Shown piece after piece: positions 38,636 to 48,311 of a stretch of DNA of 56,544 bases. The notes under the pieces were generated by a model. That model was not told the origin of the DNA. It worked only from the letters and a program-made list of their open reading frames with translations, and did not search any database. The stretch comes from an uncultured archaeon (lineage in GTDB: Archaea; Asgardarchaeota; Heimdallarchaeia; Heimdallarchaeales; Kariarchaeaceae): assembly GCA_964645535.1 (NCBI GenBank), contig CAZYCQ010000004.1:30874-87417 (forward strand), in the 5' to 3' direction. The position numbers and the translations under genes are program-made. The first letter of the stretch is position 1; each line of letters begins with the position of its first letter.

Positions 38636-40906
38636 TTGTTTCTTAAATGCCCAATTGTACGGTATGTTTCTTATGTGCCCAAATCATTGAATTATCAATT
38701 TCCCACAGAAGGTGTCATTCATGTATCTGCTTTGGAAGAACTGATATCAACAATCGAAACCTCTTCGATTGATGATGTCAAGGACAAACTGAAAGTTCTC
38801 TTTGAAAACCACCGTTTGGGTCAAATCCTTCCTTATCTTGAAATAGACGAATTAGGTGATTATCTTCGTCATCTCGTCATATGCAATCATGATGCTCTTG
38901 ACTGGGCCTACATAGATTATTGCATTGCCGTTCTTGACAAAAAATTCCCGACAAGATGGAATATCCCCAAACTTGAACTTGATCAAGCATTCAGAAGCCT
39001 TTTTTCCTCATTTGTACTGTTACAACCAACTGAAACAGAGAGATTCCTTTTCCGAGATCTAATGAACATGATCTCCGAGACTGAAAAGTACCCAAGAGCC
39101 CTGTTAGCCAAGCTGGTAGATCCTGCCATAACAATAAAATACTTCTCATTTGCATCTTTGGTCTCTCTCTATCAAAGATTCATTAGAAAAATCTATATTG
39201 AGGAAAGGGAAAATTTCCATCTGCGTAGAAAATTCCATCTCCTTAACGAATTTTTTGAACTTCAATTCGAAAAGGTCTATCAAAAATTTGAAGAGCAGAA
39301 GATGATCTCTGCTGGGATCTCAATTATTCATTCATATATTCTTGTGGATTTAGGAGTTGAACCATTTGAGGCAGTAATCAATCGATTTGAAAAAAATCTT
39401 AAGTCAATGCTTTCCCTTCCCAAACATGAACAAGATCTCCTTGGTCTTCTCTTAGGGGCTTCATATGCCAAACTTTTGAATTTAAGGAACTTTCAGAACA
39501 TGCCTATGGAAGAATTCATGGCAATTCTTCTCAAAACCAAAAAACTGTTGGTACCAACCGAAAATGTATCTGGACTTGTGGATGTTTTCAAGGAAGCGAT
39601 ATTGACCTACCGAATACATCCAATGTTAATTTTTATTATCTCTGAAGGTCTATCCATGATCCTTTATCAACTTGCCCTCCTCAACAGAAAAGTGGACGAC
39701 CATCTTGAAGATTTGAGAACCCTATTCAAACAGGTTCTTGACTTCAGAAATGAAGTTGCAACCATTGTTGAACAAGCCTTGGAGGAAAGAGAATGGATGA
39801 AAGCATCCTATTCCTTTGACTTCAATCAATTTAAAGAGCTCAAAACATGGGACACGCTATATTATCTTATGTATTGGCCAGCCGATGAAAAAACACAACA
39901 AAAATTTGATGAGCTTGTGCATTACCTTGAACAAAGCAATCCGAAGTTCATCAAGTATATTAATATCTACAGGATGGTATTCAACGGACACTACAAGACC
40001 AATATTATTGAAAGACTGGCTGAAAAACAAAAACATGAACATGAAGGCTTGTTTTATGAGGAAACTGAAGAAGGATTACTTAAGGTTCTCACCTACTTGA
40101 TTCATCTCAAACTCCCTGATATTCCTCCATTGAAGATTTTGGACAAAAACGAATTAATGGTCATGGTAATCCGTGATTGGCTATGTGCCTTTGAAGAGCT
40201 TAAACTTGGATATCATGACCTCTTTGAACTTCTCTCTCCAATTCTCCTCGAGATTCAAGCCCAACGAATTGAATATGAATACCTTGAAGGTAGACCAACG
40301 TTGGCTCTAATTCACTCCATAAATTTCTTTCTCTTCGATCTATGGAAGAAAAAAACCCAGATTTCAAATTTGAGCTTTATGTCAAATGGTAGAGATGGTG
40401 ACCAAGACAAAACTTACCTTGAAATGTTTTCTAAAGTCCTTTCCACTTTTCAAACCCGAGAAAACACAAAATCCATTGTGCAGAGACTTACCAATGATTT
40501 GATCAATATTATCCGCTCGACACTTTTTGATAAGGCAAACAATGTCCAGTCTTTTCGAAGTTTGATTGAACTTGAAAACAACCTTCTGTCTCAATCATCG
40601 AAATCTGGTGATGAAAATGAGATTAACCTCACAAAGGTCAACTACCTTTTGGGAAATCTCGTTATAAATTTAGGGAATTTCTTCTCCAAATTGGAAAAGA
40701 ACCTCGAAGGTTCCACAAATTGGGATAACCTGGTCAAGGATCTTCTTACAATTCGAGAACTGTTTGAACCTCTAAATGCAGATGATTGTGAAATTTGCCA
40801 ATTCGATCTCTTCATTTTCCCCTTAAAACATGAATTTGCATTGGCCGAAGCCCTCCATATCTTTCCAATGATTGTTGAGGTTCCACAAATATTCATTGCT
40901 GACTAA
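38636..40906 (+). CDS. Large hypothetical alpha-helical protein (start uncertain)
   Basis: 756-codon ORF rich in L/E/F/K with no recognisable motif. Confidence 0.8.
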   Translation: MFLKCPIVRYVSYVPKSLNYQFPTEGVIHVSALEELISTIETSSIDDVKDKLKVLFENHRLGQILPYLEIDELGDYLRHLVICNHDALDWAYIDYCIAVLDKKFPTRWNIPKLELDQAFRSLFSSFVLLQPTETERFLFRDLMNMISETEKYPRALLAKLVDPAITIKYFSFASLVSLYQRFIRKIYIEERENFHLRRKFHLLNEFFELQFEKVYQKFEEQKMISAGISIIHSYILVDLGVEPFEAVINRFEKNLKSMLSLPKHEQDLLGLLLGASYAKLLNLRNFQNMPMEEFMAILLKTKKLLVPTENVSGLVDVFKEAILTYRIHPMLIFIISEGLSMILYQLALLNRKVDDHLEDLRTLFKQVLDFRNEVATIVEQALEEREWMKASYSFDFNQFKELKTWDTLYYLMYWPADEKTQQKFDELVHYLEQSNPKFIKYINIYRMVFNGHYKTNIIERLAEKQKHEHEGLFYEETEEGLLKVLTYLIHLKLPDIPPLKILDKNELMVMVIRDWLCAFEELKLGYHDLFELLSPILLEIQAQRIEYEYLEGRPTLALIHSINFFLFDLWKKKTQISNLSFMSNGRDGDQDKTYLEMFSKVLSTFQTRENTKSIVQRLTNDLINIIRSTLFDKANNVQSFRSLIELENNLLSQSSKSGDENEINLTKVNYLLGNLVINLGNFFSKLEKNLEGSTNWDNLVKDLLTIRELFEPLNADDCEICQFDLFIFPLKHEFALAEALHIFPMIVEVPQIFIAD

Positions 40907-41367
40907 AATTGAGACATGATGTTTTCTTCTAGCATGACTCTATCACAATAATAACATCTCACCAACAAAGGGTTCACCTGTATAACCCTGAATTTCGTTA
41001 TGACTGGTTCTCTATAGTTTGTGGCACACGTCGGATTATTGCACTTTAACACTTCCTCTATTATTTCTGGAACTTTTGGTTCTATTTTTGTTCGGACATC
41101 ATAATTTTCGATGGTTGAAATTGTCACTCCTGGTGCAAACAACCCCAATGCATCAATTTCCGTTTTTGTCAAGGTTCTGTCATGAACCTTCACAATATCT
41201 TTTAGCTTCATCTTGGTAGAGGACATGAACATCCCAATTGTCAAGGTATGACCTTCTTTGTCCAAGCCAAGTAAATCCACTACTTTCAATGCCTTTCCCG
41301 GGGGAATCCTATCAATCACTGTTCCATTTTTGATCTTTGAAACTGCCATCGCATCCTTCTTACTCAT
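40903..41367 (-). CDS. pyrI: Aspartate carbamoyltransferase regulatory subunit
   Basis: VSKIKNGTVIDRI, KDIVKV, CNNPTCAT, RCYYCD. The ATG at 41367 follows AGGTGA. Confidence 0.96.
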   Translation of the reverse strand: MSKKDAMAVSKIKNGTVIDRIPPGKALKVVDLLGLDKEGHTLTIGMFMSSTKMKLKDIVKVHDRTLTKTEIDALGLFAPGVTISTIENYDVRTKIEPKVPEIIEEVLKCNNPTCATNYREPVITKFRVIQVNPLLVRCYYCDRVMLEENIMSQF

Positions 41368-42274
41368 GATTCTCACCTATCAATTTCAACAAAATTGCCA
41401 TTCGCATCCAGACGCCGTTTCTCGCTTGTTCAAAATATTTTGCCTGCGGAAGATGGTCAACTTCATATGATATTTCATTCACTCTTGGCAATGGATGCAT
41501 GATGATGCTTTTTTGGTTCATCATTCTTGCTAAATCCTCAGTCAGGATATAGAAATCCTTTACACGTTCATAACTTGCTTCATCCGGAAACCTCTCTTTC
41601 TGAACACGTGTCATATAGAGAACATCAACCTCATCAATGTAGGATCTAAGATCCTGGCGAATGATTGCTTCCAGCTTTCCCTTCACGTCATTGAGGACAC
41701 TCATCCGTGGTCTTAACTCGGGAGGGGAAAGGAGGAAAACCTTGTTGTTGTCAAATTTCGATAGGGCGTACAATAATGAGGGAATGGTTCTTCCATATCT
41801 TAGGTCTCCAACCAGACCCAAAGTAAGATCTTCAAGACTTCCAAAATGCTTGTAAATTGTATACACGTCCAACAGTGCCTGAGTTGGATGTTCTTGGATT
41901 CCTGTACCTCCACTTATTACTGGCACATCACTGAATTCAACCGCCACTCTTCCACTGCCTTCAAGAAAGTGCCTCAACACAATGACGTCCGCATATGATG
42001 CTGCCATTCGAATAGTGTCTGCAATGGATTCTCCCTTTTTCGCACTGCTTACCTTGGCATCAGAGAACCCTATGACTTTTCCGCCAAGCCGTAGCATTGC
42101 ACTCTCAAATGACAACCGAGTTCGTGTACTCGGTTCATAAAAGAGTGTAGCCATGATTTTCCCTTTCAACCGATCTGCATATGTTGAGGGAGAAGCCTCG
42201 ATCTGTGCTGCAAGATCAATCAACTCAAGGATGTCTTCCTTGGAAATGTCTCTTATGGAAACCAAATGTTTCAT
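41360..42274 (-). CDS. pyrB: Aspartate carbamoyltransferase catalytic subunit
   Basis: FYEPSTRTRLSF, HPTQALLD, GDLRYGRT, RVQKER, HPLPR. Confidence 0.98.
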   Translation of the reverse strand: MKHLVSIRDISKEDILELIDLAAQIEASPSTYADRLKGKIMATLFYEPSTRTRLSFESAMLRLGGKVIGFSDAKVSSAKKGESIADTIRMAASYADVIVLRHFLEGSGRVAVEFSDVPVISGGTGIQEHPTQALLDVYTIYKHFGSLEDLTLGLVGDLRYGRTIPSLLYALSKFDNNKVFLLSPPELRPRMSVLNDVKGKLEAIIRQDLRSYIDEVDVLYMTRVQKERFPDEASYERVKDFYILTEDLARMMNQKSIIMHPLPRVNEISYEVDHLPQAKYFEQARNGVWMRMAILLKLIGENHE

Positions 42275-42345
42275 CTGGATGCCTCAACCCCTAGGAAAAT
42301 TTACTCGATTTAAACCAATCTAATCTTTCAAAAGCTAGCTTCTCT

Positions 42346-43119
42346 TCAGATCCTGAGCATTCTTGGATTGCGGTACAGCGCCATTTCATTTGAATCAACT
42401 TTTAGTGGCATTTCCTCCTTCTTGAGCTGATCAAGCTTTTCTTCAATTCTTTTTTCAATATCCTCTAAAAATCGATTTGCCCCTGCAAACGCAATAAGAC
42501 AATTTTCCAGTTCATCAGGAAGGTCATGCTGTTCCTTGTCCAATCTTATTGTATATTTCCCTCCAATGTTGAACTTTGATCCATCTATTTCACCAATCTT
42601 GTTCTCAGATTGGTTATAGATTGCCCAATCCTTACCTAAGGTTAGGCGATCCTCTTCAATTCGGAAGATGTGAATCTCATCCTTCTCATCATCTACCACA
42701 AAGAGGCTGTAGACATCCTTGCCAAGAGACGCATGTCTGATAACCTTCTCAAAACTAAACAATACCTTCGAGTTTGATGAATTCATAATGAAAAATGGCA
42801 TGGGTTTGTTTGCTGCCAATGAATTGGCAAGTTCTTTTGCAATCAGCTCTTCGAATGAAGCCTTCCATCGAATGCTTTCTGAAAAAAGCTTGATTATTAA
42901 TCCACCCTTTGTACTATCATCCTTCCACTTTTCTTCACGATATGTCAAATAGGCTACTGTCTTTCCGTCTTTTTTGGCTTCTCCAAAGAATTCAGTGTCC
43001 TTAGTGAACTGTCGTGATTTTGACATATGCTCTTCCTGTTTCTTCAAACCAATATTGACTGAATGGGTGCTAGTTCTCCACAGGTCTACTTCAATTTCTT
43101 CTGACCAACCCATACGCAT
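42346..43119 (-). CDS. Hypothetical beta-rich protein, possibly tubby/LURP-one/scramblase fold
   Basis: C-terminal WAIYNQSENKIGEIDGSKFNIGGKYTIRL followed by the hydrophobic helix LENCLIAFAG. Confidence 0.55.
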   Translation of the reverse strand: MRMGWSEEIEVDLWRTSTHSVNIGLKKQEEHMSKSRQFTKDTEFFGEAKKDGKTVAYLTYREEKWKDDSTKGGLIIKLFSESIRWKASFEELIAKELANSLAANKPMPFFIMNSSNSKVLFSFEKVIRHASLGKDVYSLFVVDDEKDEIHIFRIEEDRLTLGKDWAIYNQSENKIGEIDGSKFNIGGKYTIRLDKEQHDLPDELENCLIAFAGANRFLEDIEKRIEEKLDQLKKEEMPLKVDSNEMALYRNPRMLRI

Positions 43120-43180
43120 ATTAAAAAAATGGTATCTAAAAATTCGTAGGATAAATGATCGTACAAATCTCCTTTTTTAC

Positions 43181-43744
43181 CTAAGACCTTTGCTCATTCG
43201 CCTTCAAATCTTCAATCATCTTGTCAAGAAGAAGTTCAAAAGCCTTTTCGATATTGTACCCTGTAAGGGCTGAAGTTTCAATGAAGAAGACTGAATTGTT
43301 GAACTTATTTGCCAATTCAATTGCTTTTTCTTTTCCCTCTTGAACCGTGATATACTCATCTGTACTGTCTCTGAGATCCACTTTGTTTCCCGCGAGAATT
43401 ATGGGTACATTCCCCTCTGAATGGTTCTTCATTTCTTCAATCCATCGTGCAAGATTATCAAAGGATTCTCTCATGGTGATGTCATATACCAAAACAGCCC
43501 CTTTGGCACCCTTGTAATAGTTGGAACGAATCTGGTCAAATCCTTTCTGACCTGCTAAATCCCAGATCAATAGCGAATGACCCTTCATCTCCTTTAGAGA
43601 GAAATCAACGCCGACCGTCATGAAATACTTTTGATTGTAGCCTTTTCCCATAACCCTGTTCTTGATGGATGTCTTCCCCACCCTCGCATCTCCTAACAAT
43701 ACAACTTTGAACCTAAAACTTTCTCCCGTATCCGAGGAAGACAT
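43181..43744 (-). CDS. Rab-like small GTPase
   Basis: FKVVLLGDARVGKTS, TVGVDF, IWDLAGQ, YYKGAKGAVLVYDIT, GNKVDL, ETSAL. Confidence 0.96.
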   Translation of the reverse strand: MSSSDTGESFRFKVVLLGDARVGKTSIKNRVMGKGYNQKYFMTVGVDFSLKEMKGHSLLIWDLAGQKGFDQIRSNYYKGAKGAVLVYDITMRESFDNLARWIEEMKNHSEGNVPIILAGNKVDLRDSTDEYITVQEGKEKAIELANKFNNSVFFIETSALTGYNIEKAFELLLDKMIEDLKANEQRS

Positions 43745-43913
43745 ATGCCAATTAACTATTCTAATTTAATAAATCCACCTATGCGACGGTGAAAAATTCG
43801 ATTTCATTCGTTCCAAAAATATTAGTTTTTGTCAGATGAAGAGTCAACAAAATTTTTCTTTTAAATATTAACTGATTCGATAGCATTAATAATCCATATC
43901 CTTCACTCCGTTC

Positions 43914-45905
43914 ATGGATAAAGCCATTCAAGAGCAAATCGATCAGGTTTTATCAAAACTTGATTGGTCATTGACCCCTGAACAAATCGACAGGCGGACA
44001 AAAGACATCATTAATTCTACCCTGAAAGCAATTGAAAACGTAGAGAGCATTGCCCCTGAAAATCGTACATTTCAGAATACAATGGAAGAACTCGAAAGAA
44101 TTGTCGCTGAAGCAGGCGATCGATTTGCATCGGTCTACTTCCCATCATATGTTTCAACCGATCCGGAAATCAGAAAAGCCAGCAGCAATGCCGTGAAAGA
44201 ATATCGAAAATTCATGATTGAACTATCTATGCGCAAATCACTTTATGAAGCAGTCAAACCCCTTGAAGCACAAAAAGATAAATTCAATCCTGTTGAGAGA
44301 CGCCTGCTGGAACGATACCTCCGTGACTTCAGAAGAATGGGTCTTGATCTTCCTGAAAAAGAACAAAATGAACTGAAGTCTTTACTGCAAAGAATGTCCC
44401 AGTTGTCAGTCGAATTCCAACAGACTTTGAACGAAATCACCGATACAGTGGTCTTTTCTCCTGAAGAAATGGATGGAATCCCTCCAAACACACTTGAAAG
44501 CTATAGGAAAGATGAAAATGGAAATTACATTGTTGGAATGTCCTATCCAGAAGTCTTCCCAGTTATGGAATATGCAAAAAATCCAGAAACACGCAGAAAG
44601 CTTATGCTAGTCTATGGAAATAGAGGTGTGGCACAGGGGAACGTGGAACGGCTGGAAGAAATGATTCAACTAAGAGCAAAAGCCGCCAAAATCAGAGGAT
44701 ATGCAAATCACGCAGAATATGTTTTGGAAGAACGGATGGCAAAACATCCAGACAATGTCTTTGATTTTCTCAATGATTTGGAAAACAAATTGAAGCCATT
44801 TGGCCACAAAGATCTTGATACCCTCCAAAAACTTAAGGCAAAAGACCAACCTGAAGACCAGCAGATAAAGGAATATGATTTTCAATACTATATCCGGAAA
44901 CATCTTGAAGAGGAATACAGGATTGACAAGGAAGAAATTAAGCAATATTTCCCGATGGAGCATACAGTCAACGAAATGCTAAATTTCTATCAATATATTT
45001 TCGGATTTACTTTTACTGAACTTCAGGATGCCAACAAGTGGCATGAGGATGTAAAGGTATATGCAGTTCAGGATACCGAAACCAAGGAATTCAGAGGAAT
45101 TTTCTTCTTGGATCTATTCCCCAGAGATGGAAAATATAACCATGCTGCTGCCTTTACGCTGATCAAAGGTCGGATGGAAAATGGAGCTCATGTCCCCACA
45201 GCATCTGCAATGGTTACAAACTTTAACAAACCAACTGAAAATAAACCTTCTTTGCTGACCCATGCCCAAGTCAATACTCTTTTCCATGAATTTGGTCATA
45301 TCATCCACCAAGTGACAACTAGATCCAGATTTTATACATTCTCCGGATCTTCCGTCTCAAGGGATTTTGTTGAAGCGCCCTCTCAGATGCTTGAAAATTG
45401 GGTATGGGAACCTGTAGTTCTGAATCGTATCTCCAAGCACTTCGAAACAGGTCAACCCCTTCCGGAATCCCTTCTCAACAAGATGCTTCGAGCAAAAAAT
45501 GCTATGGCTTCCCTGAAGTACTTGAGACAAATCTTTTTTGGAAAATTCGACATGACTGCACACACGCAAGACAAAATAGATTCCGCTTCTCTCTGGCATA
45601 AATTGCGAAAGGAAATCACCCTCATTCCATCCACAGAAGGAACCAATCCTGCCGCAAGCTTTGGTCATATCATGGGAGGTTATGACGCAGGTTACTATGG
45701 TTACCTCTGGAGTGAGGTTTTTGCTCAGGACATGTACTCACGGTTCGAAAAAGAGGGACCAACCTCCCGTCAGGTAGGAATGGAATATCGAAGATTTATT
45801 CTTGAACCCGGAAATGACATTGAGGAAGAGGAACTCTTGCGGAGATATCTCGGAAGAGAACCAAACAATGAAGCTTTCCTTAAATCCTTGGGTCTCAAAC
45901 CATGA
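43914..45905 (+). CDS. M3A oligopeptidase (thimet oligopeptidase/neurolysin-like)
   Basis: LDLFPRDGKYNHAA, FHEFGH, RDFVEAPSQMLENW, SFGHIMGGYDAGYYGYLWSEV. Confidence 0.95.
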   Translation: MDKAIQEQIDQVLSKLDWSLTPEQIDRRTKDIINSTLKAIENVESIAPENRTFQNTMEELERIVAEAGDRFASVYFPSYVSTDPEIRKASSNAVKEYRKFMIELSMRKSLYEAVKPLEAQKDKFNPVERRLLERYLRDFRRMGLDLPEKEQNELKSLLQRMSQLSVEFQQTLNEITDTVVFSPEEMDGIPPNTLESYRKDENGNYIVGMSYPEVFPVMEYAKNPETRRKLMLVYGNRGVAQGNVERLEEMIQLRAKAAKIRGYANHAEYVLEERMAKHPDNVFDFLNDLENKLKPFGHKDLDTLQKLKAKDQPEDQQIKEYDFQYYIRKHLEEEYRIDKEEIKQYFPMEHTVNEMLNFYQYIFGFTFTELQDANKWHEDVKVYAVQDTETKEFRGIFFLDLFPRDGKYNHAAAFTLIKGRMENGAHVPTASAMVTNFNKPTENKPSLLTHAQVNTLFHEFGHIIHQVTTRSRFYTFSGSSVSRDFVEAPSQMLENWVWEPVVLNRISKHFETGQPLPESLLNKMLRAKNAMASLKYLRQIFFGKFDMTAHTQDKIDSASLWHKLRKEITLIPSTEGTNPAASFGHIMGGYDAGYYGYLWSEVFAQDMYSRFEKEGPTSRQVGMEYRRFILEPGNDIEEEELLRRYLGREPNNEAFLKSLGLKP

Positions 45906-47187
45906 GATTGGAAAGTTGTAATGCATTGAACAATGTCTCTATTGTATTCTGTATCTCATCAATCTGACCTTTGAAATTTTGAATCAAGTCTCCACATTCA
46001 TCAATTATGCGTTCCGAAAAAACAAATAGCTTTTGCTTGACATGATGTGTCGGAAACCTTACCATGGCAATCACAGAAACGTCCTTGACCTTTTCAACCA
46101 AAATTGTTCCTTCCACATTCTGTATTTGCTTGATGTCTTGATGAGACAGCTCATGAATCACAGTTTGGACTCCTGCCAATGCCGGTGCAAATAGGGATCT
46201 TGGAGAATTCGGATTGAATGTCTTGGAAAATCTTGAGAAGAATTCTGTTCCATCATCACGAACTACCATAATCCATTGTATCAACCCTTCATGCACTATT
46301 TCCTCAATCAAGGAAAATGCACTTTGCAACCTCCTCTGAACCCTATCAAAATTTTTTATGCCCTTTCCTTTTCGTAATACAAGTTCTCCTAATTTTCCCA
46401 TTTCGTAGAATGGTTTGTAATCGAATTCATTGTCCTGTTGGATTGATAGTCTTGCAATAAGCTTTTCGAGCTGTGCCACTGTGGATTTGACGCGGGTGGT
46501 GGGAAGAAAATTGTGGGAGAGCAAGAGAATTCTTGCGGCATGGATGACAAAAGTGGAGATTAACTCCAATTGCTCCTCAAAGGATAGATTGGAACCATGT
46601 CGGGTCAGATGTTCAAAAGACGCAACTACATCGCCGTAATCATTTTTATATCTATTTTCTGCCCAAGGATTGACTCCCACGATCTTTTTTAGTGTGACCA
46701 TGAAAAGATTGTCCAAAGTCTCTAATTTTATCTCTTCAGTTTCCAATGAACGTATTATTCTATGGAGATCATCCACTATGGCTTTGAATGTACTGTTTGT
46801 ATACTCCAATCCTCTAAGCTTGCTCATAACATAGGCTTTAAGCCTTCTGAAATTGATAGTCTCTCTCTTTCCATTGGGCAAGACCAATCTTGTGAAATCT
46901 ATCAAACCTGCGGAAATCAAGGAAAACCTGTCATATCCCTTTTCTCTTAGGGCTTGATTGATCAGTCGGGCAACCTGCCTTGCAGAGATTCCTTTGCAAA
47001 GCGCCGGTCTTATTCTATATAATATCTCAATTGCCTCAAAGAATTCAACTCCAGAACGGATCATGTCTTCAAGAATTTTCCCGCTTGAAAATGGTTCCTT
47101 TCGTGGAGGTTCACCTAATGTAATTTCCTCAAAAACGCGGTCGAATTCTGCTTCTAGAATATCCCTGATCCTATTCTGGGAGACCAT
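45895..47187 (-). CDS. Tandem ATP-cone-like domains, a helical region and a C-terminal longin-like domain
   Basis: RKEPFSSGKILEDM...ISARQVARLINQAL and PNGKRETINFRRL; C-terminal IQWIMVVRDDG..FFS...LFAPALAGVQTVIHEL...IKQI. Confidence 0.65.
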   Translation of the reverse strand: MVSQNRIRDILEAEFDRVFEEITLGEPPRKEPFSSGKILEDMIRSGVEFFEAIEILYRIRPALCKGISARQVARLINQALREKGYDRFSLISAGLIDFTRLVLPNGKRETINFRRLKAYVMSKLRGLEYTNSTFKAIVDDLHRIIRSLETEEIKLETLDNLFMVTLKKIVGVNPWAENRYKNDYGDVVASFEHLTRHGSNLSFEEQLELISTFVIHAARILLLSHNFLPTTRVKSTVAQLEKLIARLSIQQDNEFDYKPFYEMGKLGELVLRKGKGIKNFDRVQRRLQSAFSLIEEIVHEGLIQWIMVVRDDGTEFFSRFSKTFNPNSPRSLFAPALAGVQTVIHELSHQDIKQIQNVEGTILVEKVKDVSVIAMVRFPTHHVKQKLFVFSERIIDECGDLIQNFKGQIDEIQNTIETLFNALQLSNLMV

Positions 47188-47335
47188 GATACTCCCTCCA
47201 ATTTGTTTTTTAAAAACTTACACTACGTTTTTGATTGAAAAATACAAAAACATCCCTCAATCTTCTTGAATTTTTCTTTCAAAACCTTCTTCCCATTGTA
47301 TAAGTTTTATTACTACCTAACCGTAGGTTCGGATT

Positions 47336-48301
47336 GTGAGCTCAGACATTAACAAGATCTCTTCACGACTGAAAGAGATAAAAGATTCAGTTGGTCAGGT
47401 GATTGTCGGTCAGGAAGAAGTTGTAGAGGCGGTTTTACTTAGTATCATCAGTGATGGTCACGTTCTGCTTGAAGGTGCACCCGGATTGGCAAAAACCCTC
47501 CTTGTCCGTGCTTTCGCCAAAGCAACAAGCTGTGATTTCAAAAGGATACAGTTTACCCCTGATCTGATGCCAACAGACATCACGGGGGTCAACATCTATA
47601 AACCAAATGATGGTTCCTTTGAATTCCAGAAAGGACCGGTTTTCACAAACCTTTTGCTGGCTGATGAAATTAACCGGGCTCCACCGAAAACACAGGCTGC
47701 CATGCTAGAAGCAATGCAGGAACGTCAGGTGTCTGCTGAAAACCAGATTTACGAACTTCCAAAACCTTTCATTGTTCTGGCAACACAAAACCCTATTGAA
47801 CAGGAAGGAACCTATCCTCTTCCTGAAGCACAAGTCGATCGGTTCATGTTCAAAGTAATTGTCAATTATCCCTCCGAAAATGAGGAGTTTGAAATCATCA
47901 AAAGATATACCGCAGGGCATGATGCATATGACGAACTCGAGAACATCAAACCTGTTGTCACTCCTGACGAGATCAATGAATTCCAAAAGTTTGTGAGAGA
48001 AAAAATCCGAATTTCTGATGACGTGATGAAGTACATTGTCAGGATAATCAAGCTTACAAGGGAAAGTGAAGAGGTTCAAATTGGTGCCTCACCGCGTGCA
48101 TCACTTTGGCTGGCAATCGCTGGGAAGGCTCATGCATTGTTTGAAGGAAGGGATTATGTTAACCCTGGAGATATTCAAAGAATTGCCAAAGGTATTCTTC
48201 GACATAGAGTGATTATCTCTCCGGAATGGGAATTCGAAGGAATTACCTCCGAAACCATTATCGATAGAATCCTCAGAAACGTTGAGATTCCAAGCGTTTG
48301 A
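47336..48301 (+). CDS. moxR: MoxR-family AAA+ ATPase
   Basis: GHVLLEGAPGLAKT, RIQFTPDLMPTDITG, LADEINRAPPKTQAAMLEAMQE, ATQNPIEQEGTYPLPEAQVDRF, GASPRA. Confidence 0.97.
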   Translation: MSSDINKISSRLKEIKDSVGQVIVGQEEVVEAVLLSIISDGHVLLEGAPGLAKTLLVRAFAKATSCDFKRIQFTPDLMPTDITGVNIYKPNDGSFEFQKGPVFTNLLLADEINRAPPKTQAAMLEAMQERQVSAENQIYELPKPFIVLATQNPIEQEGTYPLPEAQVDRFMFKVIVNYPSENEEFEIIKRYTAGHDAYDELENIKPVVTPDEINEFQKFVREKIRISDDVMKYIVRIIKLTRESEEVQIGASPRASLWLAIAGKAHALFEGRDYVNPGDIQRIAKGILRHRVIISPEWEFEGITSETIIDRILRNVEIPSV

Positions 48302-48311
48302 GGTGATTGTC

